Shown: one piece after another, positions 39,795 through 51,611 of the stretch
Position numbering within the stretch: the stretch's first letter is position 1
Layout of the letters: each line of letters begins with the position of its first letter
Source of the DNA: Trichoplax adhaerens
Taxonomy: Eukaryota; Animalia; Placozoa
NCBI RefSeq assembly: GCF_000150275.1
Contig: NW_002060951.1
Location: 2,490,297 to 2,554,296 of the forward strand
Length of the DNA: 64,000 nt
Reading direction: 5' to 3'
Translations under genes and position numbers: made by a program
The notes under the pieces: generated by a model
Databases searched by the model: none
Told to the model about the DNA's origin: nothing
Seen by the model: the letters and a program-made list of their open reading frames with translations, nothing else

Positions 39795-40022
39795 TATAGT
39801 ACTGTACTGTATACGGTAGAGTACAGTACGGTACTGTACGCAAGCAGGGATTTCTTGAGAACTCCTACAGTATGGAATCACTAAAACGGAGCCTACAGTA
39901 CAGTACAGTAAGACTTTTCTTTACAGTATTGTACTGTACTGAACTGTACTGTACTGTACTGTACAGTACTGTACAGCAGCAGAATTGTGCTCGCTCAAGT
40001 ACGGTACAGTACAGTACAGTAC
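39795..40022. repeat. (CAGTA)n/(TACTG)n array in the 393-bp gap between the divergent VARP-like and STAND-TPR genes
   Basis: For example gtactgtactgaactgtactgtactgtactgtacagtactgtacag at 39931-39976. Confidence 0.9.
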
Positions 40023-40116
40023 GTTCAAGCGCTTATCGATTCTCGAATCTAACTAAAACTCGCCATGCAATTTTTGTGATATACGAGTACTAAGATCTAA
40101 GTGTAGATTTGGTAAA

Positions 40117-43100
40117 ATGGCTAGGCAGATTGGTATGGTATTTTTGCGTCCGTCTAGATTGCGTATAGGTTTTCTTTTACTGAAGCCTAACATCCTCTTC
40201 AGTCAAGAAATTCGACTAGTTAATACAAGTACTAATGGCCAAAGCATGATCAGTAAATACATGGACAGAGCTCGCAATGTTTTCAATGAGCCTTTCGTTA
40301 AAATATCATTGATGGCTCTAGCTGCGGTTATGTCAGCTACAGCTCTATATGAATATTTATATCATGGCCCAGCTAAAAAGAAGAATAAGTTAGGAATTCA
40401 AATTTTACCAGCTTCACCAAATCATTTCTGTATCGAGGTATTTGCGTAAAAGTTTATAAACTGCTTTAGCAAATTTATCTGCGAGTACAGTACAGTATTC
40501 GCAAATGATACGTTGTATACGCAAGAAATAATAGACATGTCTTTCCTAAATTCCATATCATGATTATGCTCATAATCAAGTTATACTGTTGATTCGCTGT
40601 TCGTTTGGCTCAGATATTGTATATTTATAAATTGAACTAGATGAGTAGCTGTATTGTTGATGTACAGTGCCCTTAGGCCCCCTTACAGTATACGAGTAGG
40701 AATGATGAAGTCCAAGTAGTGATTGCCCCGAGACATTCATACGCATTTTGTCTCTTTCACCTTTCTGATCTCCGACAACAATTTGTAGAACTTAGTAATT
40801 AAAAAATGCTATCTACCAATCCTGAAAAATCGTCAAAGCTGCAAATAATGCTAAAATTCTATACTATACGGTACATTGTAAAGAGCATCCCTGTTGCTTC
40901 TCATATTACCGTACGAGTATTAGCAGTGTAAGATTGAAAACTACAGTATATAAGCACCCGTATACAGTAAGCTACGTGCATCTTCTCAGGTAAATACGCT
41001 TTTACAGGAATTGGAGCATTTCTGTTTAAGAATGGAGGGTTCATATATGCATTTAAAAATTTCGTATAAAACTAGTTGTGGTTTAAATTTCGTATACTTA
41101 TGTTCTTATGATTAGCAGATATGCCTAGAATTTGCATGCATACATCAGTAACGTAAATCTATTATTATATTATTTGTCCAATCATTTAGAGAAACGAATA
41201 TATTTCACACTTGGAAAGCGAGTGTGGAAGTCTTCTTCGCTCGCTCTTCTTTAAGGATATAAAAACGATATTTCTAACTGGCCTAACAGCAAGTGGGAAA
41301 AGTCAGATTGCTAGATTCTATGCTGAGAAGTATTCTAAGAAATTTAGGTTTCCAGTAATAAAGCCTCCGGTTATTGGTAAATATGACATGACTATGATTC
41401 AATTTAAATCAAAGTATCTCAATAAGTTTCTATCGAAACATGGTCTGATGTAATAAAAATTGCATTTAAATTTATGTCTGTAATATTACTCTACTATATT
41501 CTAGCAACTCTTTCTGGTAATAGTATAGAAGATTACTTATCATCAATAAGATCATTAGCAATTGAATTGGGATCTACGCCCTCAGAATGGTCACGAGAAT
41601 CTGACAATGGTATTTTATTCTCAAACCTTCCCGTTCCGCGTCAAATAGAAATTCTTGTGGAAGAAGTTTCTCAGAAGTTAAAAATGGCTGGTAGATGGTT
41701 ATTAATTATTGATGATCTAAAGTCTGATTGTGGTATAAAGCAAGCGTGGTGGCCACAACCCGACCAAGATAATATTTGGGGTAAAGGTTGCGTTTTAATA
41801 ACATGTGAAGAAGCATTAACGCCTAAGGTTATCGAACAGACTTACAAAGCATCAAGAATTCTGAATGTAGACAAAAAGTAGGAATTATGTTGTTTGAATT
41901 ATTTAGCCTTGTAGTGATACACAAAAAAATACAGCTTTTTGATTTTTGGCGTACATTTCGTTCTCATGTGAATTGTTATATTTTAGGTTAACGGAGTCGG
42001 AGGCACTGTCCTTATTACATCAAATGAATGAAGATAAAGTTTCTGCCAACGCGGCTACGTTAGTGAATGAATTGCTGTATTCGCCTTTAGCTATATCTCT
42101 TGCTGCCAGTTACATAAAATCCAAAAATGAAAACACAGCACAAGATAGTATATATGACTGCAGCAATTTTATTGAGGAATTTAAAGCGATAAAATCCGAT
42201 ATTTTACGACACTGGAACAGTGATCGGCTCGAAAATAACGCATCTTTTACTGATAAAATTGTTGCTAGTATGTGCCTTCAGCAATATGGTAAAGCTGATT
42301 CACAGATGCACTCCACATTTGATATTTTGGGTGCGCTAGAACCTAGAAGACCCATTCCAATGGCTATGGTAGAAACTTTCATAAGAGACAATGAAGTTCT
42401 GAACTTTAGGCTTAAGTCACGTACAACTAAATTAGATACCACTAATAGTGACCTTAAGTCATTAGAAGTTACCCCACCAGGAGAACAAATATCGAGTATT
42501 GAAAATATAGATAATTCAGAAAATGAAGACTCAGACGACTCTGGTGTAATTCGTACTTTCATTACTAAAGGGAAGGAAATTTATCGTACTTATTTCTCAA
42601 ATCCATCTTCAAATAACGGAGATAAGAACCCAAAAGAGATTCAAGATGACAGTAGTCCTATTTATCGGTGTCCTTTACTCTCATGTAACTTAAATGGCGA
42701 CATTAAAACGGTATCTATTCATCCTGTAATACACTCTGTTATGCAAAAATGGTATTTTCTAATGACTATACCAATAATGGAAAAACTATATGTATCTGAA
42801 CAAAGAGTTGAAAGTAAAAGTTCGTGGTTTGGCCAAATTAAAAAATTTGATGAAACTGCGTGCCTAGAAGGGTATCGTGGAAGATTATGCGATCAATTCA
42901 ATTTAAAATTAGAACCATCTAATTATGACGAACTTCGTAATGTGACTGATCAAACTAATTTAATACATAAATTAGTAACAGCATCGAACATGTTGCACAC
43001 ACCTTATAGCAAAGCACAACAGTATTCTCTGCTACGTCGTATCGGTAAATCTGCTATAACTGTCACGAAAAATCGCCGTTCGGAAATTGTATATCGTAAA

Positions 43101-43856
43101 TCATGTAAGTTACTTCTTCCACATTTCGCTTATCTGATGAGACATCTACAGGTGGTCGATTTAAAGAATTTCTCAGAATTGTTAGATATAGTAGCTATGA
43201 TTCATTCAGATGTATTAAGTGAGGACTTACGCAGCGTTGAAATGTTTAAAAATTCATTACTTATAAAAAGGAAAATACATGGAGATAAACATTACGAAAC
43301 TGCTCACACTTTAACTCTTTTAGGAATAGTTCTGAATTCCCTTAATAGATTGGATGATAGCAAAACAACTTTGGAAGAAGCTTTATCAATCTACAATTCG
43401 TTACCCACCAAAAAGATGCCGGACCCACAACATGTCCGAAACCTTGCTACTACTCTATCTACGCTAGGTGTCGTTTGTAGCAATTTAGGAGAACATAAGC
43501 GCAGTCGTGACTTACTAGAACGTGCTCTATCCTTAATGCAATCCATTCAACCCCAGAATGCACTCGGTTTGGCAAACGACGAAATATTTAATCATGCCGC
43601 TGATGTAGCGACAATGTTAACAGATATTGGCCATTCATACTTACTTAATGGTGAAACAAGCTATGGCCATCGACTGTTGCAATTTGCACTAAATATTCAT
43701 CAAAATATCCATGGCGAAGAACATTATGAAGTAGTTCGAACCTTAACGGTCCTAAGTATAGCTCAAATGATCCAAGGGTTTCATGAAGATAGCAGAAAAT
43801 CTCGTGATCGTGCAGGGGCTATTCGAGGATCTTTGAATGCTAACGTTTTAGTCTAA
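40117..43856 (+). CDS. STAND-class (NB-ARC-like) P-loop NTPase with C-terminal TPR repeats and an N-terminal presequence-like leader plus TM helix; exons 40117-40437, 41190-41376, 41505-41877, 41987-43856
   Basis: Walker A GLTASGKS, Walker B WLLIIDD, sensor-1 region CVLITC, GxP-like YSPLAISLAA, MHD-like SIHPVIH; nephrocystin-3/KLC-type TPRs (HGDKHYETAHTLTLLG, HGEEHYEVVRTL). Confidence 0.85.
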
Positions 43857-46208
43857 GAACAAGTTTGTTATCGCATCGATGTTCCTCTTACTATGACAGC
43901 TTTTAATAATTTTTGCTATTGTTTATCGAATTATCATATCGTTGTTATACTGTAACAGCTAAAATAATAACACTTTAAAAAGTAAACCACATATCGATCG
44001 GTATATTGCCACATAATATAATACGTTCTCAGTTTTATCTTACCTTTCGGATCTGTATGCATGTTTTCATAACAGCGCTTCATAATGTCTAGAATGTACT
44101 ATTAAATTTTATCTCTACTGCTCGTAAGAGACAGTTTTGATTTAAAATAATGAAAATTATTTTAATAACATGGGCTATATCTTGATTTGGCTGCAAGAGA
44201 ATAAAAGTTTTATTTATACAAAATATGGTAATAGCCCAAAGTGTTGATGTTGTAAAATATTTCATTATTTGATCAATCAGAATCTTTAGTATAATTAGCT
44301 ATTAAGCGACTTATTATCAGCTCTATTTGTACATATGTTTTAGTAGCTATGGTAATATTTTGTTTAACAATTAACAAAGCATTGTACTGTATACATTGTA
44401 AGTTACATTAACTTTACTGTGGCATAATTGAGCTTGATGAAGTGTGTTACATTTACAATGTACATGTACAGACCAGACTAAGGACATATCTACTTATCCA
44501 ATGATGATTAAATAAGCCGTTATATCCCAGCATAATTTTCATTTATTTACCATTCAAAGTAAATATCTAAATTTTCTTGAGTATGAGTATATTGTATGCA
44601 TTTTATAAATTTGCAACCTAACAACACGCTAAAATCTCTTACTTACTATTTTGTCTATACAGTCTAGGGTCGTTTAAAATTAGCTAAAGTCATGTTTTTA
44701 ATTTATTGCGTCGATATTCTAATATTCAGAGCATTAGACATTATACCCGCGAAGTCTGTATCTTGTGTACTAATGTCGTCAGAAGGATAAAATAGTAAGT
44801 TAAAAGCGTGACTTTAGCCAGTTGTAAACGGCAGCGCTGTACGCAGGTATTCGTTTATCTGATGGTAGTAGATTACGATTGTAGTGATCAGCGCTATGTT
44901 CATATAACTCCCAGAAATCCTATGAATCGTTTCTAATTATAGAAATCTGTAGCCTGTAGCTACCTTGTTTAGGTAAAAATTGTATATTTTTGACTTTGAC
45001 ATTATGCTAATTTTATTATATCCTATTACAGTATTTGACGGATAAAAAATCTACCAATATTCTTACTTACTACAGTACAGTATAATGACTTTAAAAACAA
45101 ATGTATAGCGTCAAAGTTCGGAGTGGCATGTAACTCCGATGCAATGCACTACCGCATAGTAAGACAAAGCTAACAATCTCTATTTTGCTCCTTGTTGTTT
45201 AATCCTACACAGACTTAATATTTGTAAACTTACATGTGTGATACGAAATGATATTATAATTTATTCATTACACAGTAAACATTTACATATTAGGAAGAAA
45301 TAAAATTTTAACGCTAATCTAAACTCAATAACAGTTTATAGTGACATTAATGTAACAATTCTGTGGTAGAGCTAAAAAACAGTAGCAACTATTATTGTAC
45401 AATAATACAGATTTACGTACAACGATTCAAGCAAAAATTTAAATATCCTGATATACAGGTATCCGGGTAACTACTATTTGTAACTATTAAAATTCAGCAA
45501 AAAAGTGCCGTGCAGAAGAACCGTTGCCCGTCTACAGTACGGACTACTTGTCTATGGGCACATAATTACTATACCGATAAAACATTGAACTAATACCCTA
45601 GTAAGGATTCATAAAATAAACCCATGTGAGGTATGGTAAGCATAACAAGCCGTCCAACATAAGCATCAAAGTACAAGGGAGAAAGGAAAAATTATCTAAT
45701 TACAATTATACACATTGAATGGTATATATTCGAGTTTTACATTGTTCAAAAATCCACCAATTCATCTTTCACTATAAAACTGTAGGCTTCCATGGTGAGA
45801 CTTTCTTTTAAACAACTTATGGTACAAAATAATTATCGCAAGTTGGTTACAACTGTTCGAATATAAATAAATACAAAACACGAAAAGCGTAATAGATAGC
45901 AAGAAAAATTTCCGTTTGTTTAATAAATACTACGGATTTGTACAATGCTGTACCTGCTTACTATATAATGACCTGTATAGCATAATCTCCCTACTGAACA
46001 CTGCATCATTTACAAACTCATTTAAGAAACCGGCTGTCGATAGGGCAAACCTAAATTCATAAAATTTCATATTGTAACCTTCAACAATAAATTACTATAT
46101 TTGTTGTCTTCCAGTGTACACCACAGTATTTGACATTATCAAATGGTGTTTTAATTAACTTTGGTATCAAGAAACCTCCACTAGCAGTTTGGATATCGTG
46201 TTATAACT

Positions 46209-49200
46209 TCATTGCCACTGAGGAACACTTTGTGCCAACCGACGCATTCGTCTATTAAAAGTTGTTATGCATATGAATATATTAAAATTTTTAACCTGAA
46301 CGGTACTATACTACAACCGAATGAACGTTTTATCATGATACTGTTCACTGAGATTAATTATTAAGCTAATATATCCAAATGTACCGAGTATTCCTGTCCT
46401 GATCACGAATTTTCTTTTCCATCTCAGCATCTGTGAGTGTTTCCAATACCGGGGACCAGTGATCGACTTCAGTCACCGGACGAATAGCGTACTCTAGTTG
46501 AGGTAATTGAGTTTCGCTGAAGGCGTAAGTCTTCATGTGCCAAGCGATCTAATCCGATTGTTCACATAAAGTGAAGGAATTAATAGTCAAAATAATCTAA
46601 ATTGTGACTATACTGCCATGTGCTACGCTGTATTAATCTTACCTGCCCCCGAATGCTATAGGCGATAGCGGTTACAAATTCTCCGCCCAATCCAAGGTCT
46701 TTACACAGATTTAATGCGAATTCTTCCGGCGTATTATCAGAGTTCGATATGTCCCATTCGAACTGGTCCACCAAAGATACATTTCCAATGTTGATATTTA
46801 ACTGTAATACACGTATTTATTCGTGATCAGCAGGAATAAGTATGTACAGTATATCGGCTTGTAACCTTACAAACAAGATCCTTGATAACCGTATACTAGT
46901 AAGTATTACATTATAAATAATTATTAATAGAATATGCATACTTTGATAACTACTCTTTGATCTGTTGCATAATCTTCCAGAGGAAGATTTGAATTTTGTT
47001 CTAATTGGTTTTTAATCGAGGTGGCAATGGCAGGAACAAAGGCAGGTGAAGGTAGCTCCAGGTCATCACATAAAACTTCGGCGAATTGCTCCGGTTGAAT
47101 AAGTTTTTCTTCAATGGTAGCAAAAGAATGAAATTAAGAAATCGCTTTACCTAAAAGTTAGCTTTAACGAGTTACCATTTTTATTCCAAACAAAGAAATC
47201 TCGCAGTCGCTGCCCTTCAACATCTAGATCTATCCTAACTGGTACCAGATCTTCAGAGTCATTAGCAGCTTCGAATAAAGACGATGGGAAGTAATCGGTA
47301 TACCTATTAAAGAGAAATAGGAATTCTATACAGATAAATATTTATTTATATACCAAATATAGTTAAAGATGGGTAATAATGATCTCCTATGTTGCGTCAT
47401 AAGTCTAAGAATAATTAATTAATGAAGTCATTAATTTTCTCTACATCTAAAACAAACGATGCGTACAAGATTGGGAAGCTCTTGGTTTTCCTAGCAGTAG
47501 ATCTGGGTCGAATAATAGGGGTCGATAAAGCTACAGCATCCAAATGTGAAGTTGCAGGTAGCTGAGGGGTCCAGGCTGTGGTAGAACTTCTACTTGAACG
47601 AGCTGGCTTCGGCGGAACAGAATTTACGGTCGAATTTGATTCTGTAGGTGACATTTTAAATTTTTCGTCGTTTCCCTCGAGGATATCTTCTACTTCTGTC
47701 TGTTTTATCAATGTTACATTAGTAGCAACCAAAGTGTGATCTAGTTCAAATATTAAACCAAAGAGAAATTTATCAGATCAAGAATTGTTAATCCATGTCG
47801 ACAAATAGGTATCTCATGATACAAACTCCAAGATAGCTAATCATTAGGATTGCATTGTTCGGGTATCTATACTATTTTTACAGTTAAGTTAGTACTGTAT
47901 AGTAATGTGTCAGAAAATCAAGACATATATTGCACTCAGGTAACTGAGTGCCGCTAACGTCGTGCAGAGTACAGGTAAATAGAACCTTATAAATTGCGTA
48001 TTGAGCATAATATATTGCTATGATAATTATAATTGCTGTTGGGCACTAGGGATAATTTCAGTTAAATTATTCGTATACGATCTCATATGTATTGTACTTT
48101 GATCTAGTAATTTCATATTAGCAGCTATATTCAAATTATAACATTTATAGTATACTGTACATAAGCGTACAGCCAATAGCAATTAACAAAATGAGAAAAC
48201 CAGTAAAATTATTGTTCAGCACGTCAACAGACTCACGTGTTTAAAATTTCTAGCAATGGGAATATTAGAACATTACAAGGGAATTTGAAAAACTGAAGTT
48301 ACTAAACGGTTTATCATATGCAGCATGCAGTAAATACTGTATGTCTTGCAGCTGATACTGCAATTAGCAGACGTGCAGAGCTAGTTATTTACTTGTTGCA
48401 TAATAAATAATGTTGTATAGAACGCTGTATATGACATTTCACGACATAAAATAAGTACTGCCACTTCGTATGCGCATGGTATGCGCAAGAATATTTTAAT
48501 TACGCCGGTGGTACGATGAGTGACCAAACATGGCATCATTATTAATTAGGACCAGTCATGTACGGTAGTGTTTAGAATGTTGATGCTGACAAATTTCTGC
48601 TGAGTAAAGAATGATTAAGACCACTACAATTACTAACTAATTTCCGGAGGCGTACAGTAGCGGCGGAGTATAACATTTAAATAATAGTGAGTATTCATAT
48701 AAAATAGTGCTATAAACTGTATAGTTATCACCTGAGTTTACAGTTAGCCTTTAAGAAATTAAGGTATTCAACATTTGTAATTAGCTACATCTAACATCCA
48801 ACTCTCAGATCTTATTCAATCTCTTGACATAGGTAACTTCAGGTACAAGATAGATGCTATCTGTGATGGCGAATATAAGTAAAAATCTTATGAAAGGAAA
48901 CCTATTCAACTGCTACAAATATCGACAAGCATCAAAGCATCATTGATTTCGAAAACTACTTACAAGTAATCAAGCATACGATTGTAAAATCTGTACTTTG
49001 CGCCTTTCTACTTTCAATTGTACAGTACTGTACTATACTATACTATACTATAAGTACTACACTGCACATCAAGAAAAATTATCTATCCCTACTTATTACC
49101 CTTACTTGGTGCTGGTTATATGATAACAAGAAACCTGCGCTCATAGGGCTGATTCCCACTCAGCAAAAGATAACTAGGAACATACAGTACTTCAGTGGCA

Positions 49201-50309
49201 ATTAGGCCAATGAGCGCACATTTCCAGTTGGCATTTATCCAGCACCGTACTAAAGTCGCACCTTTTAAATTACAGTATACTGTAGTGTGCATCGATATCT
49301 ATCAATAAAATGTCTAGCATGGGACCTTATTGTGTAAAGTGCTGGATTTGCTTTATTTATTGTAACATACTTCTGTTGCAGCTATCTCAGGTCTTCACTG
49401 TAAATGCTTACTATGTCATTGCCAATAACGGCTAGCACTATATTTAATGATAGTATGCAAGTATACAGCGAAACAAGTAAAATAATCATTTCTATCCAAA
49501 AAATACATATTTAAAACTTCGGCGTTTGTGACATGGTAGTCTATCTACTGTGCCATCGAGTTACATTTAATCTATTACTAATGACTACAGTATACCGTAC
49601 ATAAATATGTGTTGTCAGCAGTCCTTGAACGTAAACATCTACTGTATTCTAGTGTGGCATGCATACAGTACAGTACTCGTAGAGTAACAGCAATATTGCT
49701 AGAACTTACATCTTTAAATCAAAATTAATGCACGGATACCGTCACTTAATAGCTGTATTTGATTTACTGTTGTATCCTATACTTACAGTATCTTAAGATT
49801 AAGAGGATTGTAAAGTCGATGACAAAAAACTCAATTTACTGGACACACTTTAGCATCCCTATCTCACTAACACTGTACTGTACAATACTGTACAATGTAC
49901 ATTAAAGAGAACATAAGTACAGTGTACTGTATAGTATATATAAAGAAAGAATGCTACTACAGTTGGTAGTATCGTAGACTTTTAGATTTTTGGTAAAATC
50001 GAAAAGTCCGTGGTAGCATAAGCGAGTTTCCTAGTACAGTAATGGTAATGTTAGCTGTGCACAGTGCGAACAAAGAAACAAAGTGAACAGTGATTAGCAA
50101 GGGTCAAAATAGCGCGAAATACCGAAGCCAATCTTTTTCCTCTCTTCGAAAGTTGCTACGCGACGCCACAGTCCCGGATATTTCTTGTACAAAGAACCCC
50201 GAAATAATCGTAAATACGTTCCAACTTCCGAACCAATCATATAATATTCTCCATCATCAGTCAACTGGAATGCTCGTGGCTTGCTGCCATAGGTTTTTGG
50301 CAGAGCCAT
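46209..50309 (-). CDS. SMARCB1: SWI/SNF subunit SNF5/INI1; exon 1 50309-50123, ~2.4-kb intron, then six exons from 47740 to 46209
   Basis: [12 protein letters not shown]...[23 protein letters not shown]; HLDAV; [43 protein letters not shown]; [20 protein letters not shown]. Confidence 0.96.
49108..49246. other. Long ungapped imperfect inverted repeat (53-nt arms, 33-nt loop) in SMARCB1 intron 1; candidate structured RNA
   Basis: Arm 49108-49160 matches the reverse complement of 49194-49246 at 41 of 53 positions with no indels. Confidence 0.85.
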
Positions 50310-50339
50310 GTTTTATTCAGCTAGAAATGGAAACGAGCT

Positions 50340-51300
50340 ATTACGCTACATTGCCTTACAGTATAATGCTTTACAGTACAGTACAGTACTGTACTGTAAA
50401 GTTTTAACTATACAGTACTGTACTGTACTGTACAGTACAGTACAGTACCGTACGATCCTTCTGGCTCTTTTCTGTACTGTACAGTACAGTACAGTGGCAG
50501 TTCTGTGTTGTACTGTACCCTGTACTGTACAGTACAGTACTTCACACTCATACTGTACAATAGCAGTTCTGTATTGTAGTACTGTACTGTATGACTGTAA
50601 ATGTTGAACTCCGTTTGTTATACTGAAGAAGTGTTTCATTCTTGTACTGCGATTTCTCTACTACGTATCCTGAGTGATTGCGTGGAATGTTCTTTAATTA
50701 ATTGATATACAGTACAGTATACTGTACTGTATTACCCGTACATCCACAATGTCAAGAAAGATTGCAGATGTTCCTCCTTTAATATATGGCTGATTTACGA
50801 CCTTACATAACTGTTTCTAGGCAGAATTTTTTAGTAACAGACAATAAGATTCAATTACTTAATTTAGAATGAATCAGTCAGAATTGACCGCCTGCATTAC
50901 GAAGTGTTTGGCACAATATTTTGACGAGATGTGACCGGAAATGTCTGTCCTTCCAAGGGAGATCAGTCCAGGTCTTCTTCTGGTAATGAGAATGGAGAGA
51001 GGTTTCAAAAAACTGAACTAATGTACTGTACTGTACAGTACATACTGTGGTACTGTCAGTGCTTGCCGTAGTACTGTGCCCTGTACACTGAGTGTACACT
51101 GTACACTGTACAGTATAGTAGATTTTTTGCAGTTCTTACAGATTCGTAAAGTGCAGTACTTTGTCATACTCACTCTACTATAAATTACTAAAGTTTCGGT
51201 ACCATATCAGTACAGTATGTAACATGGACTACTAGAATTCCTCTTCATAGTCCATATGTAATACATGAATACTCGTATACTGTACTGTACAGTAGTAAAA
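50340..51300. repeat. Largest (CAGTA)n/(TACTG)n pentamer array, in the SMARCB1/CDK10 divergent intergenic region
   Basis: Dense runs such as tacagtacagtacagtactgtactgta at 50372-50450, 50474-50600, 50708-50731 and 51023-51120. Confidence 0.9.
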
Positions 51301-51611
51301 TTCAAAAATGAGATTGAAGGATATCTTTTTAAGAAGTAGCTAGTCGAACTAGAGACTACTCGACTCATTTCGAATTCACTCGGATCCACGCTCGTTATAT
51401 TGTATTTTACGCACTGTATATACTTGCACTTTTTACTCTACAATGTAATCGTATAAAGAGATCATCGAAAACTTTCTGCCATGCACAATATTTTATTGTT
51501 CCAGATTAGAGCTAGTGTTTCCCGTGCAAGCTACTTTATAATTTCATCACACGAACAATCTAGGTACTGTACGGCATTATAACTCCAAAACCTGTAAACT
51601 GGTTGATTAGA

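Noticed and set aside
39795-40022. LexA/SOS boxes (TACTG...CAGTA)
   Set aside because: The half-sites resemble the bacterial operator, but spacing is not CTGT-N8-ACAG and the DNA is eukaryotic.
42278-42562. Antisense ORFs overlapping real genes (also 3963-4319, 22962-23282, 50090-50407, 51764-52015)
   Set aside because: Shadow ORFs of genuine coding exons with no independent support.
49190-49260. U4 snRNA similarity (CAGTGGCA...GCCAATGAG)
   Set aside because: Spacing differs and there is no U4 5' end, kink-turn continuation or Sm site; better explained as the hairpin arm.
50308-50639. ORFs rich in YSTVQYCTV (also 11153-11335, 33829-34221, 39872-40093, 50878-51099)
   Set aside because: They are translations of the stop-poor CAGTA/TACTG pentamer arrays, not proteins.
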